This document shows positions 26,041 to 40,479 of a stretch of DNA of 64,000 bases, piece after piece. This stretch comes from Octopus sinensis (lineage: Eukaryota): positions 7,254,001 to 7,318,000 of the forward strand of contig NC_043003.1 in NCBI RefSeq assembly GCF_006345805.1. The letters run 5' to 3'. The notes beneath the pieces were generated by a model, which did not search any database, was not told where the DNA came from, and worked only from the letters and a program-made list of their open reading frames with translations. Position numbers and translations under genes: made by a program. Position 1 is the first letter of the stretch. The number at the start of each line of letters is the position of its first letter.

Positions 26041-28519
26041 TATATATTCGTTTACTTGTTTCAAGTCATTTGACTGCGGCAATGCTGGGGCACCACCTTT
26101 AGTCGAACAAATCGAACCTAGGACTATTCTTAGTAAGCCTGGTACTTATTCTATCGGTCTCTTTTGCCGAACCGCGGAGATACAGGAACGTAAACACACC
26201 ACTATCGGTTGTCAAGCGGTGGTGGAGGGACAAACACACAACCACACACGCACACACGCAGGCACACACACACAGACACACGCACAGACAGACACATATG
26301 CACATACGACAAGCTTCTTTCAGTTTCCGCATATATATATTGTAATTCATTGAACCGGAAAAAAAATACTTCAGCTCTCTAACGGACCACGCCACAGCAA
26401 AACTTGACATAAAAATAGCTTAACGTAGTCTATCAGAGTGGAGACATAAGGCCTAGTGGTTAGAGCAGCGGACTCGCAGTCGAGGGATCGCGGGTTTAAA
26501 TTTCAGACAGGGCGATGTGTGTGTTATTGAGCGGAACACCTAAGCTCCACGCGGCCCCGGGAGAAGTTAATGGCGAACTTCTGCTGACCCTTTCGCCACA
26601 ACTTTCTCTGACTCTTTCCTCCTGCATCTCGCAGCTCACCTGCGATGGACTGGTGCCTCGTCCAGGTGCGGAACCTATACTCCAATGAGACCGAGGAAAC
26701 CGACCCTTATGAATCACGCCTGGCTCGAGAAGGAACAAACAACAACAACAACAACTCTATCAAGTGCTGCTATTGATTCAGAAGCGGTCTCGGCCATTTT
26801 TGGTCGTCTGCTGGGACCGTGATGCAGTCTGAGTTACAGGAAATTGAGAGAATGTGAGAATTTCGAATAAGTAAGAGTGTTTAAAAAAATGTACTGGGCT
26901 CGATCCATTTGTCTAAAATTCCTCAAATCGATGCCCCAGCTTGGCCGCAGTCCAGTTTATGTATCTATGAAAGTGTATACTTTTTGGAACAGCTAATCAA
27001 AGAGATAACTCTAATAAGTTAGATTATTTGAAATTATGGAATATATCAAAATTGTATTTCGTTTTTGGACTTGGTTTGCAAGATTCTTTATATGAAAAGA
27101 TTGCAAGACGCAACGAAAATTTTAGAAAATAAAAATAAGTGGAAATTTTACCGGTGAGTGTGTTACATTATAAGGCACAAAAAGAAAATGACTCTCCCCA
27201 GACACAACAGAATCAAAATTGTAATGTGGGTATAATCTAGTCTTCATGTCTGTTACCATTAAATCACCTCAACAAACAAACAAACAAACAAACACAAATT
27301 TAAGAATGACAATATTAATTTCGTTTTAAGATTGTGACCTAATTGAAAAGAAAAAAGAAAACAGAATCTCAAGATCCAAGGTTGTTGCACAAACCTGTTA
27401 TGATGTCTTCTTTCTGACTTTTTCTTTCGTTTCTCCTGTTTTGTTTTTTCTTCTGGTAAATGTCTTATCCGAGAATGCGTTACGACCTAAGCGCTTTCAT
27501 CGATAGCTTCCTGTTAATTCTTTCAGTCAGTGAAGCATGTCCATGTTTTTCAAGTTTTTCTTTAAGTTATGTATAGACATATATTAGTATTTATTTGCAT
27601 TTGTTGCTATTTCTTATTACTGCTTCAACTCAAGCCTTCATTAGCTGCCATTCATATTGCGGCTGTTGACCTTTATACATGTTGCTGCTGATGTTGCCAT
27701 TACTGCTGCTGCTGAGCTGCTGTTGTTGTTGACACATTTATTGCTGCTGTAGAGGTATGTTAAAGTCTTTTATAGAATGGAGATAGTAAACTATTTGAAA
27801 GGGTGCATTTGTGTATGTACGCCCCTCTGTGTGTGTGTATGTGTGTGTGTGTGTGTGGTGTGTGTGTGTGTGTATGTGTGCGTGCGCGCGTGTGTGTGTG
27901 TGTGTGTGCAAGAGTTCATGCATGCACATCTATGCAATGCAACGACGCTTTGCAGTATAATGCAGCGTATTGTTGGTGGTGTTCGTATGAAGGTCAACAC
28001 GGATTGAACATATCTATATCTAAGACGATTCAACCGTGACCATCCGATCTAATTTTTCAGCTATTGTCTATCCCGGATTACATTATCCGATGATCACATT
28101 ATCCGATGATTACATTATCCGATGTGTCTTTTAATATAATAGAGTGTAATTTGCTGTTACTTCTAACAAGTTGAACCGCCACGTAGAGGTGCACCGCATG
28201 GTACTCTATAATGCTGCAAAGGCCTTCACTGGATGTACTCTACCAACTCCTTTACAAGTCTTCATACTGCCTTTTTTTGGTAACAGTTCTAACACCCGAA
28301 GACCTATTACACCATCGCCACTGTTGATGTTGTTGGTGTTGTTGTTATTGTTGTTGTTTATTAACAACGCTGTTGCTCTGAAGATCGAAAGATCTGAGGA
28401 CTGCATTGACTGAAGAGCAAATTTGAAATGGAGCTGAAAGAAAAGAAAAGAAAAGAAAAAAACACACGCACTGCCCTATATTAAAGCTAATAATAAAGCA
28501 GCAATTAATGTTGTTTTGT

Positions 28520-28563
<44 letters not shown>

Positions 28564-28824
28564 CGCGCACATCCGCACCCCACCTCAACGTACATACACG
28601 CACACACATCTACACACCCTATATTGGGTTTCTTTCACTCACCCAACATTATTAGAGATAACTATTCTTCCTCTTCAATGTGTGTGCTTTACACACACAC
28701 ACACACATACAATAGCTTATTTTTGTTTGTCTGTTCAACTGTCTGTCATACATACACATTCACACGTACTCCACCACACATGCACCCACAATTATCCTCG
28801 GCTAATCAATGCATTTATTTCTTA

Positions 28825-29221
28825 CTAGCAGTATCGCCCGGCGTTACTCGGGTTTGTAAGGGAAATAACTATATAAGCATTTTTAGAGAGTTATAGCCAA
28901 AAAATAGCAAAAAATGCATTACAAATGGAAAAAAAAATGGTGGTAAATTTTTTTTTTAATCGTTGACTCATCGTAGACATTTATAGAGAGTTACTTCCCT
29001 TATATAATAGCGAAAAAATGCATTAAAATGGAAAAAGATGATGGTAAATTTTTTTTAAATCGTAGACTCATCGTAGACGCGCGCTAATACCCAGAAAGGC
29101 TCGATATGAATCACGACTATAAGATACCCGGTTTTGGTTAAACTGCACCGCAAAATGTGGGAGTAGTTAGGAATCTAAATCGTAGGAGACAGACACACAA
29201 CTTCTCTTTTATATATAAAGA
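28825..29221 (-). mobile_element. ~400-bp non-autonomous Helitron (second family)
   Basis: A|TCTTTATATATAAAAG ... CCCGAGTAACGCCGGGCGATACTGCTAG|T: insertion between A and T, no TSD. Confidence 0.85.
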
Positions 29222-29302
29222 TTATGTACAACTGCAAACTTTTGAAATCTGTGAAATAAAATCTAGATTGGCGTTCACAATATGAGTTACGACTGTAAAT
29301 CT

Positions 29303-29371
29303 TCTTCTCCTTCTCCTTCTTCTTCTTCTTCTCCTCCTCCTTCTTCTCCTCCTCCTCCTCCTTCTTCTTCT

Positions 29372-29418
<47 letters not shown>

Positions 29419-29467
29419 TTCTTCTTCTTCTTCTTCTCTTCTTCTTCTTCTTCTTCTTCTTCTTCTT
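29303..29467. repeat. (CTT)n/(CCT)n trinucleotide microsatellite
   Basis: Direct reading. Confidence 0.95.
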
Positions 29468-29469
29468 CG

Positions 29470-29905
29470 CCCAGAGACCTCAAGAGACAACAAGTTAGAA
29501 GTTCATTTTAGTGTTATGCCTATCGTGCAATATATTTGGGTTTGTACATAGTATTGTTCTAGAGAATGTTTAAGAAAACAAGAAAATTGAGTTTGTTTTA
29601 TAATTTAAGATCACATAGAAAATATTTTACGTATAATATGGGCAGTCCCCATGAGCACTATCTTTTGAATTTCTGCCATTTTGGAGTTTCTTGGTGTCTA
29701 AGCTAGGTAGGAATCAGCCCCTTTTGCTATCATTCATAGGGCACCTATGACAACAGGTATTGTTTTAGTCTTCAGGTTCCACATTTTGCCAATTTCTATT
29801 TCAAGATCTTTGTACTTGCTCCGTTTTTGGTTGGTCTTGACAGATACATTTATGTCGATTGGGACAGTCATATCAATGAGGAGCATGATTTTTGCTTGAA
29901 GTCTT
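29470..29905 (-). mobile_element. R4/Dong-like LINE 3' end, second family
   Basis: Translates LLIDMTVPIDINVSVK..SKYKDLEIEIGKMWNLKTKTIPVVIGAL..AEIQKIVLMGTAHILRK. Confidence 0.85.
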
Positions 29906-29935
29906 TCAATATAATGTCTGGCCTATTCGCATATA

Positions 29936-29967
<32 letters not shown>

Positions 29968-29986
29968 TATTATTATTATTATTATT

Positions 29987-30527
29987 GAGTGAGAGAGCAG
30001 TGCATGCCATCAAAGTGACACTGGGATACAAATATACGAAGCCTAGTATACCCATCATGACTACCCGTCTGATAAGGGTACACCAGGCACATGCATCACA
30101 ACCATATGTGCATATTATTATATTATTATTATTATTATTATTATTTTTTATGATTATTATTATTATTATTATTGTTTGTTATTATTATTATTATTATTAT
30201 TGTTGTTGTTGTTGTTGTTGTGTTGTTATTATTATTATTATATTATTATTATTATTATTATTCTATGTTTGACTTTTGCTTTATATTTGTATAAGTTGGC
30301 TCCAAGTCTCACACAGAGAGCTCAAGAAACAAGTTAGAAGTTCATGTGGTGTTATGCTAGGGTGCCATATATTGGTTTTGTACTTAGTGTGTACTAGTAA
30401 ATGTCTAAAAAACCATAAGAAAATTGTGTCGTTTTAAAACATGAGATTACATAGAAAGTATTTTGCGTAGGATATGGGAAGTTCCCATGAGCACTACCTT
30501 TTGAATTTCTGCCATTTTGGGGTTTCC

Positions 30528-30592
<65 letters not shown>

Positions 30593-31018
30593 CATTATTA
30601 AGAAAGCAGTGAGCTGGCAGAGTCGTTAGCACGCTGGATGAAATGCTTAGCGGTATTTCGCCCGTCACTACGTTCTGAGTTCAAATTCCGCCGAGGTTGA
30701 CTTTGCCTTTCATCCTTTCGTTAAGTACCAGTGAAACACTGGGGTGTCAATGTAATCTACTAGTCCCCTCCCCACAAATTTGAGGCCTTGTGCCTCCAGT
30801 AGAAAGGATTATTATTATTATTATTATTATTATTGTTATTATTATTATTTATTATTATTATTATTATTATTATTTATTATTATTATATTATATTGAGTGA
30901 GAGAGCAGTGCATGCATCAAAGTGACACTGGATACAAATATACGAAGCCTAGTATACCCATCATGACTACCCGTCTGATAAGGGTACACCAGGCACATGC
31001 ATCACAACCATATGTGCA

Positions 31019-31052
<34 letters not shown>

Positions 31053-31324
31053 TTATTATTATTATTATTATTATTATCATTATTAAGAAAGCAGTGAGCT
31101 GGCAGAGTCGTTAGCACGCTGGATGAATGCTTAGCGGTATTTCGCCCGTCACTACGTTCTGAGTTCAAATTCCGCCGAGTTGACTTTGCCTTCATCCTTT
31201 CGTTAAGTACCAGTGAAACACTGGGGTGTCATGTAATCTACTAGTCCCCTCCCCACAAATTTGAGGCCTTGTGCCTCCAGTAGAAAGGATTATTATTATT
31301 ATATTATTATTATTATTGTTATTA

Positions 31325-31374
<50 letters not shown>

Positions 31375-31500
31375 GAGTGAGAGAGCAGTGCATGCCATCA
31401 AAGTGACACTGGGATACAAATATACGAAGCCTAGTATACCCATCATGACTACCCGTCTGATAAGGGTACACCAGGCACATGCATCACAACCATATGTGCA

Positions 31501-31531
<31 letters not shown>

Positions 31532-31541
31532 GTTGTTGTTG

Positions 31542-31576
<35 letters not shown>

Positions 31577-31592
31577 GTTGTTGTTGTTGTTG

Positions 31593-31634
<42 letters not shown>

Positions 31635-32170
31635 TATGTTTGACTTTTGCTTTATATTTGTATAAGTTGGCTCCAAGTCTCACACAGAGAGCTCAAGAAA
31701 CAAGTTAGAAGTTCATGTTGGTGTTATGCCTAGGGTGCCATATATTTGGTTTTGTACTTAGTGTTGTACTAGTAAATGTCTAAAAAACCATAAGAAAATT
31801 GTGTTCGTTTTAAAACATGAGATTACATAGAAAGTATTTTGCGTAGGATATGGGAAGTTCCCATGAGCACTACCTTTTGAATTTCTGCCATTTTGGGGTT
31901 TCCTATTATTATTATTATTATTATTATTATATTATTATTATTATTATTATTATTATCATTATTAAGAAAGCAGTGAGCTGGCAGAGTCGTTAGCACGCTG
32001 ATGAATGCTTAGCGGTATTTCGCCCGCCGCACTACGTTCTGAGTTCAAATTCCGCCGAGGTTGACTTTGCCTTTCATCCTTTCGTTAAGTACCAGTGAAA
32101 CACTGGGGTGTCAATGTAATCTACTAGTCCCCTCCCCACAAATTTGAGGCCTTGTGCCTCCAGTAGAAAG
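29987..32170. repeat. Composite tandem duplication of three TE fragments separated by (ATT)n
   Basis: Order X-R-K-X-K-X-R-K. X = 555-bp element end (29987, 30895, 31375), R = R4 3' end (30263, 31634), K = SINE-A variant (30601, 31086, 31965). Confidence 0.9.
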
Positions 32171-32199
32171 GATTATTATTATTATTATTATTATTATTA

Positions 32200-32264
<65 letters not shown>

Positions 32265-32529
32265 GTTTATGGGTTTTTCTTCTTCTTTCAAATTTGCTTC
32301 CATTTCTTGCCGAGTGTCTTCCCGACTCCTAGGGCAAAGAAATTCATTGTATACATTGGTAGGCCATTAAACTAAACTCACCAGTTCGTTAATTTTTTTT
32401 TTGTTAGAAATAAAGTGAAATTAAAATATTATTATATTTTTGATAGAAATAAAGTTAAATTAAAATATTATTATTATTATTACTATTATTATTGTTGTTG
32501 TTGTTGTTGTTGTTGTTTTTATTATTATT

Positions 32530-32945
32530 GTTATTATTATTTTTACTTTTAATCTGCATGTTTGTTACAAGCACTTGCCTAGACACACCCAGTGTCCTGG
32601 GGTGAGTGAATAATAAGAGATTTTACAGCATGACTGAAAGCTTGGGGAGGGTAAGTAGCGAAATATCCCCACGTAATACAACACAGACATTTAAATGGCT
32701 AGGGTTTTTCAAAGGATGTGGGCGGTACTTGTCGGTACAATCTTTTGGTTTTCTCTTGAGGCATGGTTCTCTTGTGGTCTTATCTAAATGTTTCTGACAT
32801 CCCGTTTTTTGTCATACCTAGGGCACCTACAATAACAGGATTTAAGATGACACATCTTTTGTATTTCAATTTCCAGGTTCTTATATTTACTTAGTTTGTC
32901 AAATTCCTTGACAGATATATATTTATAAGTGGGAACACTTACATT
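32530..32945 (-). mobile_element. R4/Dong-like LINE 3' end, third family, degenerate
   Basis: Translates VSVP..ISVKEFDKLSKYKNLEIEIQKM..PVIVGALGM, adjacent to (ATT)n. Confidence 0.7.
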
Positions 32946-33881
32946 TAAAAAATACCTTTAAAGGTTAAATTTATAAACAACTCATAAACAAGGGCAAAAG
33001 AAAAATATTTCTAATGCTAAATATGCCGAAAATAGACACATCGTCAATAACCATATAATTCATCACTATAAGCACGCGTCTCGAAGATGAAGAGAAGGTT
33101 CTTATGAATTACCTCTGAAATCAGGTCCGATATGATAATAACGGAATTTTTTAGAAATTTCTGTCGGCTTTATGGTTATTGACGATGTGTCTATTTTCAG
33201 CATATTTGGCGTTAGAAATTTTTTTCTTTTGCCCTTGTTTATAAGTTGTTTATAAATTTAACCTTTAAAGGTATTTTTTAATATGCTGGCCATTGATAAA
33301 ATGTTTTTCGAAAAATTTTATCCTATATTAGATATATATATATATAATCTTTAAAGGTATTTTTTAATATGCTGGCCATTGATAGAATTTTTTTCGAAAA
33401 ATTTTATCCTATATTAGATGTAAATTTAATAGTGTTCACTTCTGGACTCTCTCTCTCTATGAAAGTTTTCAGTTCGATCGTACGTGTCTCGAGGTGTGCT
33501 GGAGAATTTCTATTTTGGATATATTTGGGGTACTTAATTGTGCTCATGGCTTAGTGTTTGCTTCTTCCATGGGTATGAGTAAGTATTTCATTTATTTCTT
33601 TGCCGCATTTATCACTGACGAAGAGAAGGTTCTTCTGAATTAATTCTGAAATCGGGTCCGATATGATAATAACGGAATTTTTAGAAATTTCTGTCGGCTT
33701 TCTTCGAGACGCGTGCTTATAGTGATGAATTATATGGTTATTGACGATGTGTCTATTTTCGGCATATTTGGCATTAGAAATTTTTTTCTTTTGCCCTTGT
33801 TTATAAATTTAACTTTAAAGGTATTTTTTAATATGCTGGCCATTGATAATTTTTTTTCCGAAAAATTTTATCCTATATTAG

Positions 33882-33890
<9 letters not shown>
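32945..33890 (+). mobile_element. Penelope-like relic with direct and inverted pseudo-LTR segments
   Basis: Block 32945-33090 is the reverse complement of about 33700-33840. About 33090-33335 is directly repeated at about 33620-33890. CTGACGAAGAG...GAAATCGGGTC motif at 33615. Confidence 0.55.
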
Positions 33891-33916
<26 letters not shown>

Positions 33917-34342
33917 ACAAGCACAAAACATACAAACACACATACACCTCCACACATATATGCATACATTCACAAAAATATACATACGACGGGCTTCTTT
34001 CAGTTTCGGTCTCCCAAATCCACTTACAAGGCCTTCGTTAACCTAAGGCTATAAGTAGAAGACACTTGCCCAAGGTGACACGTGGTTGGTAAGTAAGCTA
34101 CAATGTGTAGTGGCTTGGTTTTTCAGAATCCTTACAGCGTCGATAAAATACCTAACGGTATTTAGTGGCGGCTACGAATATTTTACGTTCAAACCCCGCC
34201 TTGACTAACATCGCTTCTTATTCTTCCGCATTTGATAGAATAATCTAATGTATGGCCTCCGCCACCCGTCAACGTTCGATAAGCACTATTATACAAATAA
34301 GTGACGTCAGCATAGAAAATCGTAAAAGTGGTTCAAGGAAGC

Positions 34343-34430
<88 letters not shown>

Positions 34431-34436
34431 ACTTTA

Positions 34437-34529
<93 letters not shown>

Positions 34530-35045
34530 GATGGCACGTATGAATGACGAAGCCACCTTGAGCATAATCCTATGAACCCAGAAATTGAAAACAGAGGGTT
34601 ACCCACTTGCAAACAAATGTGGTAACATATAACAATATTGACCAAGGTTACCGTGGTCTTTTTCGTAGGCTTTTCTTCCCACGGATAAACCTTACTTGCT
34701 TTCCCCTTTACACCATATATCATAACACTGTGATACACGATCCCTATTGATCGTTCTTTTTTTTCCTCTTCCCCTTTTTTCTTCTTTTTTCATTTCCCTT
34801 TTCTTTTGTTCCTTTTCCTTTTCTTTTTTTTCTTTTTATTCTTTTTATTTTTTATTTTATTTATTTATTTTTTTTTTTTACTTTATTTTTTTGTTCTTTT
34901 CTTCCCTTTTACGATCCCTCTTGATCGAAAACCTACGCCACCCCCTTTTTTTCTTTTGTTTTTTGTTTTTTCATCCCCCAAAAGAAAAGCTCCACCTTGT
35001 AACTTGTCCCATCTGTGTGCAGCCCTGTGTGGCCAATAAAGAAAC

Positions 35046-35144
<99 letters not shown>

Positions 35145-35245
35145 TCTATCTAATACAAAAACACTATTATACAAACCAAGTACAATATAATATAATATAA
35201 TATAATATAATATAATATAATAAAAAAACAATATTGTACAGATAT

Positions 35246-35301
<56 letters not shown>

Positions 35302-36171
35302 CATGCATATAAACACACACACATAAATGTATTTATAAATGTAAATGTATGTGTGTATATACATACATGTATGTGTGTGTACAACGGTGTATACCACACA
35401 CACACACACACACACACACAAACATACACAAAAGAATACAGACAGCTACCCCCTTCTCCTCCAACCACTCCCATACACGCAATCACACATTCATGCGCCC
35501 ATACCTACCTCCCCATTCTCCCATATACTACTTACACCTGTCCAGGAACGAAAATCTACAAATCAACGAAGAAAACACGATATGAAATACAATCCATATA
35601 AAGCCCCACCCACTCGAGTACAATAGTGGAAGCACTCCGTCGGTTACGACGACGAGGGTTCCGGTTGATCCGAATCAACGGAACAGCCTGCTCGTGAAAT
35701 TAACGTGTAAGTGGCTGAGCACTCCACAGACACGTGTACCCTTAACGTAGTTCTCGGGGTTATTCAGCGTGAAACAGAGTGTGACAAGGCCGGCCCCTTG
35801 AAATACAGGTACAACAGAAACAGGAAGAAAGAGTGAGAGAAAGTTGTGGTGAAAGAGTACAGCAGGGATCACCACCATCCCCTGTCGGAGCCTCGTGGAG
35901 CTTTAGGTGTTTTCGCTCAATAAACACTCACAACGCCCGGTCTGGGAATCGAAACCGCGATCCTACGACCGCGAGTCCGCTGCCCTAACCACTGGGCCAT
36001 TGCGCCTCCAACTCGAGTACAATACTCCGACTGAGAAACACTAAATATTCTCCATGGTTGTTTGTTTTCCCGCTCTTTCAAGCCAAACATTTTCAAATGC
36101 ACCATTGCGTTTGGTTTGCTCTCCATTCTTCCTGCTCAACGTCTTGCTTCTGTCTATCTCTTTAACTCTTA

Positions 36172-37955
36172 GCATTTACTTGTTTCGCTCATTGGACTGC
36201 AGCCATGCTGGGGGCATCGCCTTGAAGGATTTTAGTCCCACGAATCTACCACAGTCTCTCTCTCTTTTTTTTACTTGTTTCAGTCATTTGACTGTGGCCA
36301 TGCTGGAGCACCGCCTTTAGTCGAGCAAATCGACCCCAGGACTTATTTCGCTCATTGGACTGCAGCCATGCTGGGGGCATCGCCTTGAAGGATTTTAGTC
36401 CCACGAATCGACCACAGTCTCTCTCTCTTTTTTTTACTTGTTTCAGTCATTTGACTGTGGCCATGCTGGAGCACTGCCTTTAGTCGAGCAAATCGACCCC
36501 AGGACTTATTTCGCTCATTGGACTGCAGCCATGCTGGGGGCATCGCCTTGAAGGATTTTAGTCCCACGAATCGACCACAGTCTCTCTCTTTTTTTTACTT
36601 GTTTCAGTCATTTGACTGTGGCCATGCTGGAGCACCGCCTTTAGTCGAGCAATCGACCCCAGGACTTATTTCGCTCATTGGACTGCAGCCATGCTGGGGG
36701 CATCGCCTTGAAGGATTTTAGTCCCACGAATCGACCACAGTCTCTCTCTTTTTTTTACTTGTTTCAGTCATTTGACTGGGCCATGGGGAGCACCGCTTTA
36801 GTCGAGCAAATCGACCCCAGGACTTATTTCGCTCATTAGACTGCAGCCATGCTGGGGGCATCGCCTTGAAGGATTTTAGTCCCACGAATCGACCACAGTC
36901 TCTCTCTTTTTTTTACTTTTTCAGTCATTTGACTGTGGCCATGCTGGAGCACCGCCTTTAGTCGAGCAAATCGACCCCAGGACCTATTTCACTCATTGGA
37001 CTGCAGCCATGCTGGGGGCATCGCCTTGAAGGATTTTAGTCCCACGAATCGACCACAGTCTCTCTCTTTTTTTTTTACTTGTTTCTGTCATTTGACTGTG
37101 GCCATGGTGGAGCACCGCCTTTAGTCGAGCAAATCGACCCCAGGACTTATTTCGCTCATTGGACTGCAGCCATGCTGGGGGCATCGCCTTGAAGGATTTT
37201 AGTCCCACGCATCGACCACAGTCTCTCTCTTTTTTTTACTTGTTTCAGTCATTTGACTGTGGCCATGCTAGAGCACCGCCTTTAGTCGAGCAAATCGACC
37301 CCAGGACTTATTTCGCTCATTGGACTGCAGCCATGCTGGGGGCATCGCCTTGAAGGATTTTAGTCCCACGAATCGACCACAGTCTCTCTCTTTTTTTTTA
37401 CTTGTTTCAGTCATTTGACTGTGGCCATGCTGGAGCACCGCCTTAGTCGAGCAAATCGACCCCAGACTTATTTCGCTCATTGGACTGCAGCCATGCTGGG
37501 GGCATCGCCTTGAAGGATTTTAGTCCCACGAATCGACCACAGTCTCTCTCTTTTTTTTTACTTGTTTCAGTCATTTGACTGTGGCCATGCTGGAGCACCA
37601 CCTTTAGTCGAGCAAATCGACCCCAGGACTTATTTCGCTCATTGGACTGCAGCCATGCTGGGGGCATCGCCTTGAAGGATTTTAGTCCCACGAATCGACC
37701 ACAGTCTCTCTCTTTTTTTTTACTTGTTTCAGTCATTTGACTGTGGCCATGCTGGAGCACCGCCTTTAGTCGAGCAAATCGACCCCAGGACTTATTTCGC
37801 TCATTGGACTGCAGCCATGCTGGGGGCATCGCCTTGAAGGATTTTAGTCCCACGAATCGACCACAGTCTCTCTCTTTTTTTTTTACTTGTTTCAGTCATT
37901 TGACTGTGGCCATGCTGGAGCACCGCCTTTAGTCGAGCAAATCGACCCCGGGACT
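36172..37955 (-). repeat. 11 x ~161-bp tandem array built from two diverged SINE-B 3' tails
   Basis: Unit starts at about 36185, 36347, 36511, 36671, 36829, 36989, 37152, 37313, 37473, 37635 and 37797. The array runs into an intact SINE-B body at 37955-38265. Confidence 0.95.
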
Positions 37956-39305
37956 TATTCTTTGTAAGCCCAGTACTTATTCTGTCGGTCTCTTTTGCCG
38001 AACCGCAAAGTTACGGGGACGTAAACACACCAGCATCGGTTGTCAAGCGATGTTAGGGGGACAAACAAAGACACATGAACATATATACACATATACATAC
38101 ATATATACGACGGGCTTCTTTCAGTTTCCGTCTACCAAATCCACTCACAAGGCTTTGGTCGGCCCGAGGCTATAGTAGCAGACACTTGCCCAAGGTGCCA
38201 CGCAGTGAGACTGAACCCGGAACCATGTGGTTAGTAAGCAAGCTACTTACCACACAACCACTCATTCTATCAACCACTCTTTGCCGAACCGTTAATTTAC
38301 TGGGACGGAAGCGTACCAACACCGGCTGCCAAGCGGTGTTGAGGTAAAAACACAATATCGCACACACACACACCACACACACACGACTCCAATATTTTTT
38401 TAAAAACCAAGTCCTAATTCTGTCGTTCCATTTTGCCGAACTGCTATGTTACGGATACGTAAACACACACGCATATACGACGAGCTTCTTACCATCTCCG
38501 CCTACCAAATCCATTCATGCGGCTTTGGTCGGCCAGAGGCCATAGCAAGACACAAAAGGCCAAGGTGTCACACAGAGGGTTTCATCTAGGAAGCTGGAGG
38601 CACATGGCCTAATAGTTAGAGCAGCATACTCGCGGTCGAGGGATCGCCGGTTCGAATCTCAGACCGGGCGATGTTTGTGTTTATGAGCGAAACACCTAAG
38701 CTCCACGCGGCTCCGGCAGAAGATAATGACGAAACTTCTGCTGACTCTTTCGCCACAACTTTCTCTCACTCTTTCCTCCTGCATCTCGCAGCTCACCTGC
38801 GACGAACCGGCATCCCGTCCAGGTGAGGAACCTATACACCAAGAAACCGGGAAACCGGCCCTTATGAGCCAGGCATGGCTCGAGAAGGAACAAACAAACA
38901 ACCTAGGAAGTATGTGGTTGGTAAAGAAACATCTTATTATACAACCGTTTTAATGGACACGACTCAATGCCATTTGTGATCTAAAGATCAAAAAATCGAA
39001 ATTGCCGAGGTATGCGTAGAATTTATTCCTTTAGAGATTTATTGGCGGTTTCGGTGCGCAAGGCTTCCCGTTTTGAAATAATTAACTATTTTTGAATGAA
39101 AAGCATTCCGAATAAAATATGTTAAGATTTCTTCCAATCAAAAAATTAATTTTATTGTAGATTTAATATAAAACGCGCTGGCGTGGCTATGTGGTAGGAA
39201 GATTGGTTCCTAACCACATGATCCTGGGTTCAGTTCCACTGAGAGGCAGCTTCTGCAAGTGTTTTGACTATGGCTTCGGGTCAACCAAGGCCTTGTGAGT
39301 GGATT

Positions 39306-39807
39306 TAGTATCGCCCGGCGTTGCTCGGGTTTGTAAGGGAAATAACTATATAAGCATTTTTAGAGAGTTACTTCCCTTATAAATTCGGGCTTTCTTAGCC
39401 ATTTTTGTTTTGGTGTCTTCAAGCCATGAAGTCGTTGTTCTAAAAGAACGCTGGTTTCCTTCACAACGCATTACGACGTTGATTTCTTTACACTCCCTTC
39501 CCCACAGCTTCACGAGGGAGGGAAGGGGGAGAAGCAAACAGGTGCAGCTGTGAGCGTGGACGCCAACTCCGCCGCCATCGACACACGATGCATTTTATGC
39601 ATTAAAATGGAATAAAAAATGATGTTAAATTATTTTTAAAATCGTACACTCATCGTTGAGGCGCGCTAATAGCCAGACGGGCTCGATATGAATCACGACT
39701 ATAAGATACCCGAATTTGGTTAAACTGCACCGCAAAATGTGGGAGGAGTTAGGAATCTAAATCGAAGGGGACAGACACTCACACAACTAGAGTTTTATAT
39801 ATATAGA
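39306..39807 (-). mobile_element. Non-autonomous Helitron, second family, 3' CTAG lost
   Basis: Homologous to 28825-29221 at both ends. Confidence 0.75.
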
Positions 39808-39880
39808 TATATACATACTTACATATATATATATATATACATACATATATATACATATATATATACATACACACACTCAC

Positions 39881-39966
<86 letters not shown>

Positions 39967-39972
39967 TATATA

Positions 39973-40361
39973 CTAGCAGTGTCGCCCGGCGTTGCTTGGG
40001 TTTGTAAGGGAAATAACTATACAGCATTTTTAGAGAGTTATAGCCAAAAAGTAGCAAAAAATGCATTAAAAATGGAAAAAAAATTATGGTAAATTTTTTT
40101 AAAATTGTTGACTCATCGTAGACGTTTTTAGAGAGTTACTTCCCTTTAAAAAAATATGCATGAAAATGGAAAAAAATGATGGTAAATTATTTTTAAAATC
40201 GTAGACTCATCGTAGACGAACGCTAATACCCAGAAGTGCTCGATATGAATCACGACTATAAGATACCCGCTTTTGGTTAAACTGCACTGCAAAATGTGGG
40301 AGTAGTTAGGAATCTAAATCGAATGGGACAGACACTCACACAACTACAGTTTTATATATAA

Positions 40362-40364
<3 letters not shown>
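39973..40364 (-). mobile_element. Non-autonomous Helitron, second family
   Basis: TC...CTAG termini; homologous to 28825-29221. Confidence 0.85.
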
Positions 40365-40454
<90 letters not shown>

Positions 40455-40479
40455 CATATATATATATATATTATATATA

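Noticed and set aside
27660-27750. CAG/CAA-rich stretch as a polyQ exon
   Set aside because: Short, without supporting splice sites or a linked coding frame.
29175-29551. Poly-E/K/S ORFs
   Set aside because: They are translations of a (CTT)n/(CCT)n microsatellite.
36172-37955. Regular repeat array resembling CRISPR
   Set aside because: The units are contiguous 161-bp SINE-tail copies with no unique spacers, no cas genes are present, and the context is eukaryotic.
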